A stretch of DNA of 64,000 nt from Glycera tridactyla (taxonomy: Eukaryota), in the NCBI GenBank assembly GCA_965644265.1, contig OZ286459.1:75206001-75270000 (forward strand), written 5' to 3'. The notes beneath the pieces were generated by a model that saw only the letters and a program-made list of their open reading frames with translations, did not search any database and was not told the DNA's origin. Made by a program: the position numbers and the translations under genes. Shown here piece after piece: positions 38,108 to 50,265 of this stretch. Position 1 is the first letter of the stretch, and every line of letters begins with the position of its first letter.

Positions 38108-40198
38108 TATATAATACAATATTTTTCATCAATGAGTAAATACTATAATTATATATGTGCGCCATGTCACACCAATTGCTGTGTACTTATGGTGTATCTG
38201 AAAGAAAAGTACGTATAACACAGTGAAATCTGATTATAAGACCCCTTGATCAGAGACCACTTGTCTTGAGAGACCACTTTATGCGGGCCCTTTTTTAATT
38301 GGAATGGTGGACATACCTCTAAGGGGAAACCACCAATTTTGTAAAAGCAGTTTTCACGTCATTCAAGGAGGTATAATATATACAACGCTGACATGACTTT
38401 AAACCTTAACAAGCCAACAAACCATCTCCCATCACAGGTTTCACTGAATAGTGTGTTCATTAGTCTTCACGGGAACTCAATGAGATCTAAGTTGAGTCTG
38501 CTCAGAGTGAGTATGATGAGGTGGTAGGTAAGCATTGAGGTCAGCACATACTAGGAGAGGATTAGGTCCATATCAAGCGAGCCAGCTTAGACAAGCCCCA
38601 GTGCACCACCCACAGCTTTGTGCTATTCAGTCACACACCAACTCCCCCCACTCCAAACAGTCACTCAGACTTGAGACTCACATCAAGAGCAGCTATAGCT
38701 ATAGACACAAATGGATCACTGCACACCCTCAGATGATTCAAATTCAACTCCCAAATTACTATCACATCCCATCACTCACAAACATTGGCCTACACCAGAG
38801 TTCAACAAATGGAATCTCATTGTGGTGTGGTGGTGAAACAAAATATAGCCCATCATTAGAATACCTCTAGAGATGCTTGCAGGGAAAGTAAAAGTTGAGA
38901 GAAAGTACAACTGAGATAGGTCTGCTAATCCCCCAACCCCACCCCCTGAAGCTAAGGGTGAACATTCTCAAATACTGAATCATCCTCTGATTGAATGAAA
39001 TCAGCCCCAGTTCAGACGCCATGTTTACGATGATCCTGCCCGATGATTCCAACATTGGCAGAACAAAAGCTATCTATCTATCTTCACCTTCTTTAGATGA
39101 ATTTAATATTGATAGCTTTACACAGTAGTTCAGCTGACTTACAACAAATCTAAGAACTTCAGGATTCCTGAAGTGCAATCAAAACTCGGGCAAAACATCA
39201 TGAAACATCTTGGTACATCAGATATCTAACTCAAGATAATGCCAACAAGAAGCCCAAAATAAACAATAATAATAACACACCAAAGGGGATCCATCATGAA
39301 GATTCCTTTAAAATATATCAATCAATGAGAGGTGCTCATTATTCCACTTTTCAAGTAGGAGCTCCAAATAGCATCTGAAAAAGTAAATATACATGGACTT
39401 CCACTATGTTTCCCAAGATGAAAAGTAGCAAATGAAGAGTTGCAGCAAAGAACTGAGCTATTGTGAGTGGGTACGACCTACATTTCATTCTCATTCTCTG
39501 CATTTGAAACAAGAACAGTTGATTGTGATTCACAGATCGATTGTGCTTGGAGGAGAGTATTACATATCAGCCTCAGACGTGCCTCAGACAGACCTCCGAC
39601 TCACAAGGCTTCCTCACTCCCAAACATGTAATGGCCGCTGCCCCTCACACACAACTTCCCACAAAGTTTTCAGCACACTTTGTTTCGCTTGTAGGTGTGC
39701 CACCAGTGCAGAGATTTGTACTCACCAGAGGCAAAGTGCGTATAGATCCACAAAGAAGGTATCCAATACTCTCACACAGTCCTTTTTAAGAGTAATCCAT
39801 CACAAATGTTCGGTTTAGTTGATGTAGTGGAGGTAAACACCGCTGCTGGCAGGAGAGAGGTAGCTCCCAAGGTTGACTAAGTGAGTAGGTATCCGCTGCC
39901 TAGTGGAGTAAAACCGAGGTCACGGCCTGAGTAGTGGGTGCCCTCGCACTGTTGGCAGAGTGGAGAGTGTACACACGGACACACACAGTCTATCTTGATG
40001 ACGGCTAGATATCAAGCCAGTGGACCCCCGCCCCCTCCAGGTATATGCTGTGATTCCTCTAACCCCCCCCCCCCCCCCCCCCCCAGACATTCATACTGAG
40101 TAAGCAAACTGCAGAGATCCTGATACAATATTGGTAATGTTCTAAAGGCAATTTTCATTTGTCTCTTCAAATTGAAACCTCTGGTTGGGATCTAATTA

Positions 40199-40355
40199 CA
40201 ATTCAACCTGCCCTAAGCGAGGACCTTTAAGTAAACATACTTTATTCATCCCACCAGAGAATTTTCACTTTGATTCACCTATATTAAGCCAGCACCTGTT
40301 CTAAGCATGCACTTCTGCTTCTTCCCATTGCTTCATGCTTGGGCAGGTTTGGCTG
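40199..40355. mobile_element. Degenerate CAGT-type MITE (ctaagc motif family); relative at about 55830-55955
   Basis: ta|caattcaacctgccctaag ... gggcaggtttggctg|ta; cacctgttctaagc shared with 55.9 kb. Confidence 0.65.
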
Positions 40356-41078
40356 TATCTTCAGAATTTGGGAGCTACCACCCCACCACTAGATCAAATA
40401 CAGAGGAAGAGAGTACTCGTAGCATTAAACAACATTGAGCAAGATCTGTATCTAGATAGGTGACCAAGATTGAGCTCCCACAAGTAGTATTTTTCATCAT
40501 AGCACATGAAGTTTTTGTTATTTGCCATTGATTAAAGATACTTGAAATTTACTGAGGATGAAAATTTTACAAGAGATTCCACATGAAATTATAAATACAT
40601 GGATGATTCATTCTAGTCAATTATTTATTTATGCTTGAATAAAATTCTGCTGGATGCTGCACCAGAAATTTCAATAGTTCCATAGTCGGTGCATTTCCTT
40701 GTCTGACTGGATAAAGCCATTTGCTGGTGCATGCAAGGGTGGTCTTTGTAGACAGGTTGTGGACAGGCAGTGGCCATGATAGTATTTCCAATCTACGCAA
40801 CCTTTCTATAAAGGCCACCTGCCCACAAGATTTTTAATGTCAACCGAAGTTGTCAGTGATGGTCCCTTTCATGAGGACCAACCAGCTTGCCTTCCTTGAT
40901 CAGGTCAGATGATTGTTATTGTTTCTATCTACCTCAACCTGCTCAGCCGTGGATTATCACGGGAGATACATTTTCCACATTCTAGTTGAAAATCCTCAGG
41001 AAACTGAGTTAAAGCTGTTGAGCCCTCAAGAAGTTGTGCTGCTGGTCCTGTGAAACACCTTTGATTCAGACAGTGGCA

Positions 41079-41292
41079 GGATTGATTGATTGAGTAGAGC
41101 CTAACATCTCTTCAATATAGACAAGATTAATTGCGACACTAGTTATGGTGAGTTCTAAACGTAGTCTAGACAAATATTGGACTAAGAAAATTATTTTAAA
41201 TTTTGTATTTTTGGTGGTTTTCAAAATTTTCTTGATGAAATCATAAGTATTGGCTGGAGAATAGAGTACTCCTGCCACGGAACTTCCCCAAC
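41079..41292 (-). mobile_element. SINE-like retroposon 3' part, (TCAA)n tail (family S2)
   Basis: Minus strand ...gatgttaggctctactcaatcaatcaatcc; body aligns with 62705-62912 (+). Confidence 0.7.
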
Positions 41293-41339
41293 TCTCCGTG
41301 AAATAACAGGCTGCACCTTTCACAAGCATGCAGCATATA

Positions 41340-41489
41340 CAGTCGAACCTGTCTATAAAGACCACCCTCGGTCGCATCGAAAAGTGGTCTTCATGGGCAG
41401 GTGGTCTTTATAGAGAGGTTGTTTACTGTTGAAAATACTACCACGGGGTTGTCTTTATAGAGAGGTGGTCTTTAGAGCAGGTTCAACTG
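41340..41489. mobile_element. Family A MITE
   Basis: ta|cagtcgaacctgtctataaagacc ... gagcaggttcaactg|ta. Confidence 0.93.
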
Positions 41490-42092
41490 TATACACTAAC
41501 TCACACCAGCATTTGACAACCCAGACTGCAGCACTGGCTAAACATGTCCAATATCTTTCAAATATCCAATGATATTTCTGGTTCCAATCTGTTAAAACAG
41601 GAATATCTCAAAAGGATTGTGAGAAAAATGCAAACTTGTTGGGGATAACAGAGTGCTAACCATTACTTGTTACCACTGTAGCTAGCATGATGACTTGAGT
41701 TGAATTTCGTGCCTTTGACAGGTGAACAATAGGCCATAGTCTTGGGAGTCTATCTGGCTTTCACACATAACTGATCCATCAAAACATGCTCTTAAGCAAT
41801 CTTCAATGGCAGCTTAGCATGCTTCACCAACTCACTGAGATTTCATCTGAAGGGANNNNNNNNNNNNNNNNNNNNNNNNNNNNNNNNNNNNNNNNNNNNN
41901 NNNNNNNNNNNNNNNNNNNNNNNNNNNNNNNNNNNNNNNNNNNNNNNNNNNNNNNNNNNNNNNNNNNNNNNNNNNNNNNNNNNNAAACGGACAGAAGGAC
42001 AGACAAACAGACAGACATGATGGCCCATCACAGGTAACGGATTGATGCAGGTTTGCTGGTAACAGGTTTCAATACATACAATTTATATGTAT

Positions 42093-42094
<2 letters not shown>

Positions 42095-42156
<62 letters not shown>
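42095..42156. repeat. (CA)n microsatellite; (TG)n tracts also at about 35192-35238, 56551-56620 and 57029-57062
   Basis: Directly visible dinucleotide runs. Confidence 0.97.
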
Positions 42157-42159
<3 letters not shown>

Positions 42160-42861
42160 CACCCACACATACATTCACACACATATTCATGCAAAAACAT
42201 TTCCTCATAGCTACTGCTGGAATCAAATGTTTTTTAAGTGATCAAACATCACTGGCTATGTTCAACTGACGGAGCCTTGTTTGCCAGTAGGACATAGTAT
42301 CTGCCATTGTGTTACATTATCTAGCAATCAATATCAAAGTTGCAATTAGCCGTAATGCTCAACAGCTGGGGGACATTGCTTATTGACAGGACAATCCAAG
42401 CGATCTGCTCACTCAAAACTGGTGTTCCCAGTCACAAAAGTCACCTATATCTCTGCAAACACACTTGCTGCATCTTCATATGATTATGGGAATATTTAAT
42501 AAGAATGGCCAGTACCCTGTAGATATATATGAATGCCACACACGTAATTACAGTTGTAGTCACAGTCAGATCCACGGCAAAAGACTCCTTGGCATGAAAC
42601 CATCTCTGATGGTAAACTTCTTTGGCAGTGCAGCTTCCTTCTTTCAGCATCTCCTTGTATGTGTGTCAGAGAAAATCAACTTTTTCATGAATTGAAATTG
42701 CGAAAGGATTTAAATGCATCTGGAAAGTTATGTATTTCTGTTTCAACTGTGAGAACTGTGAATCTCAACTCTTGAAGAAATTAAGATTTGTAATAAATGT
42801 TGACAGAGATCATATTATGTAGCGCCAAAATAAGCTGTTTGCCCAAATACATGGACTCTTG

Positions 42862-43024
42862 AAACTCCTCCAGACACGTGAATGTGTTCCAACTTCTGGT
42901 TCATGTGACTCAACCACCACATCAAAGAAACAACAGGCTGAGTAAAGGAAAAGGATACGTTTTCCTGAATGCTTCCAAAGTTCCCTGTGAGTACCGTGAA
43001 ACTCATCTATAAATAATAGATTCT
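42862..43024 (+). mobile_element. Old Penelope-like pseudo-LTR remnant with decayed hammerhead
   Basis: Shares ctccag.cacgtga, a hammerhead-like fold and an exact 19-mer ctgtgagtaccgtgaaact with the 18.5-kb element; encodes KLLQTRE versus ELLQSRD. Confidence 0.75.
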
Positions 43025-43517
43025 GAAACATGATTCGAAGTCAACCAACCCCAGGAACATTTCATGACACCTTATTCAAACTAAGGTCATAGGAATATCA
43101 AAAGCAATAACGAAAATTCAGTTGAAATTATTCAACTATCTCAATATGCTGGAAGTACATGGGTGGCAATATCTAGGGGAGCAAATTCAGGTAACATTCA
43201 ATTTGGGCATTTATTGGAAATAATGATCATCTGAGTAAGTGCCTTGAAATCCCCACGCATTTACATCACCTCATCTAGATTCTCACCCAAATATCAGATT
43301 CCTGATCACAGCATTAAAGTTGATGTCCCCGAAATCTGTTCATATCTGTAATTTGAGCTCAGTAATTCAGCTTTTGCTGATTTAACCTGGAGGAGTTCAT
43401 CTCCCACATCTTTTCAATACACTTATTGTGATCAAATTTGAGATGGAAATACTTACGTGCCCTCACCATAGCCATCTCAAAATCAACATTCCTAGTCGTC
43501 TGTAACTCAGGATGATA

Positions 43518-43695
43518 CAGTGAAACCTGCGACGAGAGACCACCCTAAATGCCATCAAAAAGCGGGGGTCTCTCAAAAGACGTGGTCTCTCGTTTGAGGT
43601 ATATTTGACTATGTCATATAGAAAAGCTGCCCTGAAAAAGCGGTCTCCCGTCAGAGGTGTTCTCTGGTCGGGGGGTCTCATCGCAGGTTTCACTG
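43518..43695. mobile_element. Family B MITE
   Basis: ta|cagtgaaacctgcgacgagagacc ... tcgcaggtttcactg|ta. Confidence 0.94.
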
Positions 43696-43940
43696 TACCC
43701 ATCATGATAGTCCTACAGCACATCCTGTATCGATCAACCTTCTTTCTTGGCATCAATGATTGTGTTTTTTTGTTGCCATGAAGTCTGCTTGGTGATATGA
43801 GCTTGTTTTGGTCACCAAACATGACAAATATAGGTTGATTTCAGACTTGAGATGTGACAGTACTTCTGCAAAATATATGCTCAAAGTGCCTCCACCCAAA
43901 AAGGCATGTACATCAATGACCCACCCATCTAAAGGCAATG

Positions 43941-44154
43941 CAGTGAAACCTGTGACAAGAAACCCCTTTATGAGAGACCACCTCCGACCCGAGACACTTT
44001 TTCATGGCAGTGATTTTATTTGTCTAATATACCGGAGACACTTTTTCATGGCAGTGTTTTTATTTGTCTAATATACGTCTGATGAGAGTTCACCTCTTTC
44101 AAGCGACCACTTTTTTGTGACATTCAGGGTGGTCTCTCATTCCAGGTTTCACTG
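43941..44154. mobile_element. Family B MITE with an internal ~40-bp tandem duplication
   Basis: cagtgaaacctg ... caggtttcactg|ta; gagacactttttcatggcagtg.ttttatttgtctaatatac occurs twice. Confidence 0.85.
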
Positions 44155-44908
44155 TATCAGCATGCTTTGGAAGTTCAGGAGGTGATTTTTTGTGCACTGT
44201 GACAGAATTCAGCTCTGATACATCCAGTCACTCCGCAACGTCATGAATTTTGGATGAACTGTCCTTAAAAAGGTCTCTGATTATCATGAATTCATTACAA
44301 GTAGTAGGCTGGTAAAATCATTCAGATTCGTTAAGACAAGATAGGAATATCTCTCTTTTCACCGCCACATGTAGATGTTTGGTCAGCACATAAAATTACT
44401 TAGTTTATAGTTAGTAGCTACAAATGAGAGAAATCACTATGAAAAAGGCTCTGCTGCATATGAAATAATGTTTCTCTAATGGTGGAAAATCATCGCATAT
44501 TTTTGTCTAGCTCAGTCAACAATGAATTATCACATCACAACGGACAGGTTTTTGTTCATATTCCTGGCTTAGGCCAGAACAATAGATGTAGTATAATCAG
44601 CATGAATATCAGATGAAAAATATCAGAAAAAAAAATTCTGGTGAAGCATGCGTGGGGAGCACAATGAGCACATACAGTACTAGGCTGGGAGAGAGATTGG
44701 CTGACATGTATAGCGTATCATGAAACATAATATCTTGTAATGAAATTATTTTCCACATGGAATAAACAATAATAACATTACTTAAGATTCACCAATTTTA
44801 GTTTACACACAGCACATCTGATGATTAGCAGAATATATCATTTTCCTATCAAGTTTGATTTTCATATATGACCTGGATGCAGACCTGAGTGGCAATTACT
44901 TGAATGAA

Positions 44909-44963
44909 GAGGAGGAGGAGGAGGAGGAGGAGGAGGAGGAGAAGGAGGAGGAGGAGGAGGAGG
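44909..44963. repeat. (GAG)n microsatellite
   Basis: Directly visible. Confidence 0.97.
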
Positions 44964-45039
44964 TAAATGATGACTAACACAAATCATTTCTCCATCAGTT
45001 TCGAAAACACCTTTTTCTCCAATATGTTTGGGTATTGTC

Positions 45040-45662
45040 AAGACAATCTGGGCATGTCCATGATATGTTTAGATATGTATTTTGTCATGGCTGACATACC
45101 ATAAATGACGTCATAATCGCATGATAAATGATTACTAGAACGTTTGATGATCGTTTCTCGCGAAAATCCTGACTTTTTCGCCATTAACATGATGGGAACA
45201 AGTGGCAGATATAACGATTTTGAACCCGACCAGGTCACATGATCAGCATCATCTCCTGACCTCGTGACTAGACACAACAATGAGGCGGACCCCTACTAAA
45301 GAAGCCAACTTTTTGTTTTTATCACGAAATACATGCTTTTTCGGCGTTGCGCGCGAACGATGTAACAATAGCCAGGGTAAGGCGCGAATTGGCTTCTCTA
45401 TGAGCTGTCAACACGGTTTTCTTTGTTCCATCGCTGGGTTCATCGCTAAATGCAATTGATGAAACTGATCGATCGTGGTGTCGATTGGCCTCTCTCCATG
45501 TTTGAACTGTCTTCTTCTTTGATGACCATTGTCGATATTCGCAATCTGCAGACTGGGCGATTAAAAGGAGCTTTCCCGTGACTAGGAATCATCTCAAATT
45601 TGGGGTGGGGGGGGGGGGGGGGCGCTTATTGAAGCATGGGCGATTTTTTCGTCATTAACGGT
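45040..45662. mobile_element. Truncated Tc2-like element
   Basis: CpG-rich block ending ggggcgcttatt...attaacgg|ta, the same architecture as the right end of 20075-20722; left TIR not found. Confidence 0.6.
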
Positions 45663-47537
45663 ACCTAATAATTGTCATTCTGTTTCTCTACTCTAGGTGA
45701 ATCAGAAAAAAGCTACCATTGCTCATGCTAGCTCCTTGTCATGTATCATACTGGTTTATCATTTGTAAGAGGTTGTGTTAAACTGTTAATGTAGTAGCTA
45801 AAATAATGCAATATAATTGAAAAATATTTCAGAGATACCAAATATACACATCAAATGTCTTTACAAATAGAGAAGTCTGCCCAGAGACCATGCTAACTCT
45901 TAGGAATGAGGTAATTTTCATGGATGAACTATAGCAACGGAGGCAATGCAGATGGCATATCAGAGGAAAGAGTCTCTAATCACTAACATGAGGTAGTGTT
46001 TAAAACCAGGCTATATGCACAGTAATTATGCACTTCAGCCTGGAAGAGGAGACATTGTAACCCAATCTCAGTGGTTGACTATCAACTGGGGACAAATCAG
46101 CCTCAATAATTCAGGCTGCTGGATGCCAATCAGGTCCAGCCACTGTGCAACCCTCAGTGACCAATGCCAATTGGGTCTGCAGAGCTGGAGGCTAAAGAGG
46201 ATCATGGGTTTCTATCTGGGTCGGCAGAGCTCTAGGGTAAATCTCAGCTACTCTCTAGTCTAGTTGTAGTAAATTGGTGCCAGTCTGAAAGGTCAGCAGG
46301 TCAGCTAAGCTGATGATGATGCCTGTCCCGTTGGTGCTATTTGGACAGCCCCTACTGTCATTATGTGTGTTTATCATCTGGGTAATTGGTGAAAATAGCC
46401 AACTAGACCTGCCCACCATGTTTGATCTCTAACACAGCCATATAGCAACTCTTGGAGTGCATTCCGTCTTTCAACATAACACTGGCCTCGAGTGGGTGAA
46501 CTATACATCTAGAAACTGATATTTTCTTACAACAGAGTTTTGAGGGTTCATGTAAGATACTTTAACAAAAGACCATGATCAGAATTGTGGGCATGTCTTT
46601 GAAAATCCAACCAAAGATGTCATTCATTTCCATATCCACATTGCCATTTCGAAGTTACCCAGTGGAAATAAACAATGTAAGATTGAGCATAACTTTGAGA
46701 TGTGTTTCACAGTCAAACACAGTAATGAGATGATGTAAGAGTTTCATCTTTGTCTCTTTCAATAGCCTCTGGGGGCAGAGTAAATATGGAGAGAACCCCC
46801 ATGCATGCAAATACATGTACATGTACCAATTCTTCATCTTCATCTTTTGATCACATCAGTTGCCCGGTATAATCTAGGCATGTATGCTGAAAAAAGGACG
46901 CCTGGTAATACACATCTCCTCTGCTGGTGAGTGTGAGAGAAATCAATTTGAATTTCCACATTCATCCAGTCCACCAGCTGCTCACTGTGTCGAAATGGCC
47001 TGGATGGGGATATCTTACTCTCAAAACCCGATCATCAAACATGTGAATTTCACACATGAATCACTGAATCATGCAATCAACCACTTTAATGCCTCCCAAG
47101 ATTGAAATACTTCAACGTATACACATTATGCGCAATGAAACATCAGTTTAAAATAAAGAGAAAAAGGTAGAGAATATTCATATTATTAGCGGTGTTGAAC
47201 CTGATGGCGATGCAAGATCGATCATGAGCTGGCAAGAAATTTCTAGAAGTAGGAGCTATTTTCATGGAAGATAGACTCATAAAGAGCTATCCAAGTGATC
47301 TATGCAAAGCAGACAGGCTTTCACAACAACCATACAAGAATTCATGGAAATCAGAACAGTTAATCACTTTCAATCGGCTACCCAAAAAAACTGTTAAATT
47401 ATGTTCCATTTTTTGTCATCTAAACTGCAGTCCCAAATGTGAGTGGTGAGAAGAAGGATGCCTGCGAGGCAGGCATCCTTAAAACCTCTGTTTTTTTATG
47501 GAATGTTTCACCACCCCTTCCCTTCTTTATGCAGATA

Positions 47538-47738
47538 CAGTCAAAAGACCACCTCTCTATAAAGACCACCTCTCTGGAAAGACCACCTGAGCTGCGACCG
47601 TGGCAGTATTTTCAACAGTAAATGACCTATCTATAAAGATCACCTGCCAATAAAGACCACCTGCCAATAAAGACCACCTGCCAATAAAGACTGCTTTTTG
47701 ATGCAACCGAAGGCGGTCTTTATAGACAGGTTCGACTG
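47538..47738. mobile_element. Family A MITE with triplicated taaagaccacctgccaa
   Basis: ta|cagtcaaaagacc ... gacaggttcgactg|ta. Confidence 0.92.
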
Positions 47739-50107
47739 TATATGTTACAACCTATTTGAGCACAATATCTATGTAGCTAACAACTGCCTTCGATGGCCAT
47801 TGAAAGCGGCTATCATTGAGTACATGTTCAACAATGTCATTGCACACCTAATATGCTTGAGCTGCAGCCAGTACAGAAGCAGCTATCTAATCCTCTGGTG
47901 AATTTTCAGGATTATCCCAAAAAAAAACCAGAAAATCCACCAGTATGAGAGGCTATGTCCATCTGTATCAGATTTTGAGTAAATCATTGTATCAGGCATC
48001 TATCAAAAGAAAAGGAACTATTATTTTTGCTAATTGCCACTGGGTGTCACTAAACAGTAGGCACCTCATTTGATTGCTCTAATGTCTATACTCGGGACAA
48101 TTTAACTCTTATAGTTATCACCTCTGACCTCTGACTAATGATCTTCATCTTTTGTGTGTAGCCTTGCCTACTTTGATCATTCTCCACATACTGAAATCAA
48201 ATGATGGAGCATCCCTCTGCTAACACCCCATGTAGCAACTGACTGACCGTGAATGTGCCTTGGGCATAAGGAAATCTGTTCACATCAGCGCATTAAGATA
48301 ACCCAGCTGAATTTTGATGAAACAATTGATTTTTGTGGGAACATCATGGCATTGCGTAAGATTGTGCGAATGAGTTTTCCATCAACCAAGAAATTCTTCA
48401 CAAAGACCACCTTTGAGTAACAACCACTCTTGGATTTGACCCAAAAGTAGGTCCTTGTAGGCAGATTCAATTGGAGTTCAGGCAACAGCTAACTTGTTCT
48501 GCGAGTTAATGTTTTCACTGTTATTTTGGATGGTTATAAGCAGGGATGTGATTCTTCCGCGGATCCGCAGATTCCCGTGTTTTTGTAAGACATGCACATG
48601 AAAGCAAAGAGCTTTGTCTGCTCATTATTTTGAATTTTAGATTATGAAAATTGGACCATTATTAGCGGAGATAGAGCACAATGTTTGTATGGAGTTCTAG
48701 TAGCCTTCAGTCATCAGTTGCTTGGGTTTGTTGACCAACAAAATCTTGGTAGAAGTGCTCCCGGTCAGGTTTTCAGTGTTTTTGGTTGTGAGCCAATCAC
48801 ATCCCTGTATAAGGGTCAGATTTTTTATCACATAATTTTCATCACCCAACCTGAGATATGCTGACTTCTGCCAAGTACTACCAGACAGTGGTGATTCATC
48901 TAGGGATAGGGAACGTACTGTTGAGCTGAGCAGGTCGGTTGCATTAGCGTGAGTGCAACCTGTGAAGTATATGTCTGATGTTGGAAAAAACAGCCACATG
49001 TTGTTTGAGTTGGGTGCAACACAGTGTCAGCAGAAGGAATAACACGGCACCCAGATTAGATCTTTTCCAGCCTGTTTGGGGAACAGGGTCAGGACCAGAA
49101 CAAAAACACGGGCTCAGTAGCTGGCCCACTGGCCTGAATTCTAGAATCAGCTCACTGGATCCTTGAACCCTTCCCCTGCATCCTGTGTTTCATGGTTTAA
49201 ACCAGGACAATGTCTTAGGATGTCTGAGAAAGTTACTTACAGGGTGACAAGAGATGGCCTGCCATCTGCCAGGGGAAGGTGAACTACCAAGGCAGCAGGT
49301 TATTTTGAATTCACCTGCCTGCGGGATGAGTGGAGAATGGTAATAAGTGCAATGGACATATAAGGAGGACAGTCTGAGGAAATGATCAAAGACCTAGAAA
49401 GAGAGCAAAGGTAACATTGTGAACACTATGGTTTTGAACCCATATTAAATCAGTATAACCATATGCACTCATTCAGTCCACCTAAACCCCTCAGTATTTC
49501 CAGCTACATGTATCATATCAAGCAATTTTCTGACAGACAATCTTCCATTGAATCATCAAAAATGACAATTCTTCAAAAGAACTGCAGCTGTCATTATAGG
49601 TAATTACCATCATTATAGTAACTAAATGAAGAAAAGGAAGTGATCTGAAAATTGTATTTAAATCTGATGTTGGGTAAGAGTGTCTGGTGCTAAGTCCACT
49701 GTGACACTCAATAGCTCTCCACTGGTTGCCCTTTCTCAGAAAACCATATGATTGGTTGGCTGTATGATTCATGTCTGATGAGTGCCATCTGGGCTATAAT
49801 GAGATGCCCATGCAATGGGCATGGTTGATTGTTGGGATAACTCAGAACTCTTCCACTTGGATCCCAACGGTTGGTGACAGAAATAAAGAAATAACCCATA
49901 GGAACTGGCTAGACAAACATCATGTCCAGCATCCTAAATGGGAACAGGGTCTGTGCAGTTTCAAATCAAAGATCAAAGGATGAATGATGGCTAGCCCCTG
50001 AGAAGGAAACACAACTGGGGCAGTGAGGATGCTCTCATTAGAGGCCCCGGTGTTACAAGTGTGGGGTAAGCTAGGGTGATCCCATCCCACCAGCTGTTGT
50101 TGATATA

Positions 50108-50265
50108 CAGTGGAACCTGTGATGAAAGTCCCCTGATGAAACCACCGGTTTGGGGAAAAACCAACTTTTTGAAACCCCTTTGACCCTTGAGTGCAAACGA
50201 CTACCTTCTTTGTAAGACCACTTTACATCTTCATTCAGGGCAGTTACTTGTCACAGGTTTGATTG
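50108..50265. mobile_element. Degenerate CAGT-type MITE; another remnant at about 50335-50471
   Basis: ta|cagtggaacctgtgatg ... cacaggtttgattg|ta. Confidence 0.7.

Noticed and set aside
41985-42040. (GACA)n next to a gap suggesting another HINE
   Set aside because: Termini not visible because of the N gap.
42445-42655. ORF with a TM-like segment ending at a GT donor
   Set aside because: Weak acceptor and no family motif.
48697-48960. Minus-strand ORF with a good acceptor and N-glycosylation sequons
   Set aside because: No convincing donor before the stop and no recognisable domain; a 100-aa ORF is expected by chance.
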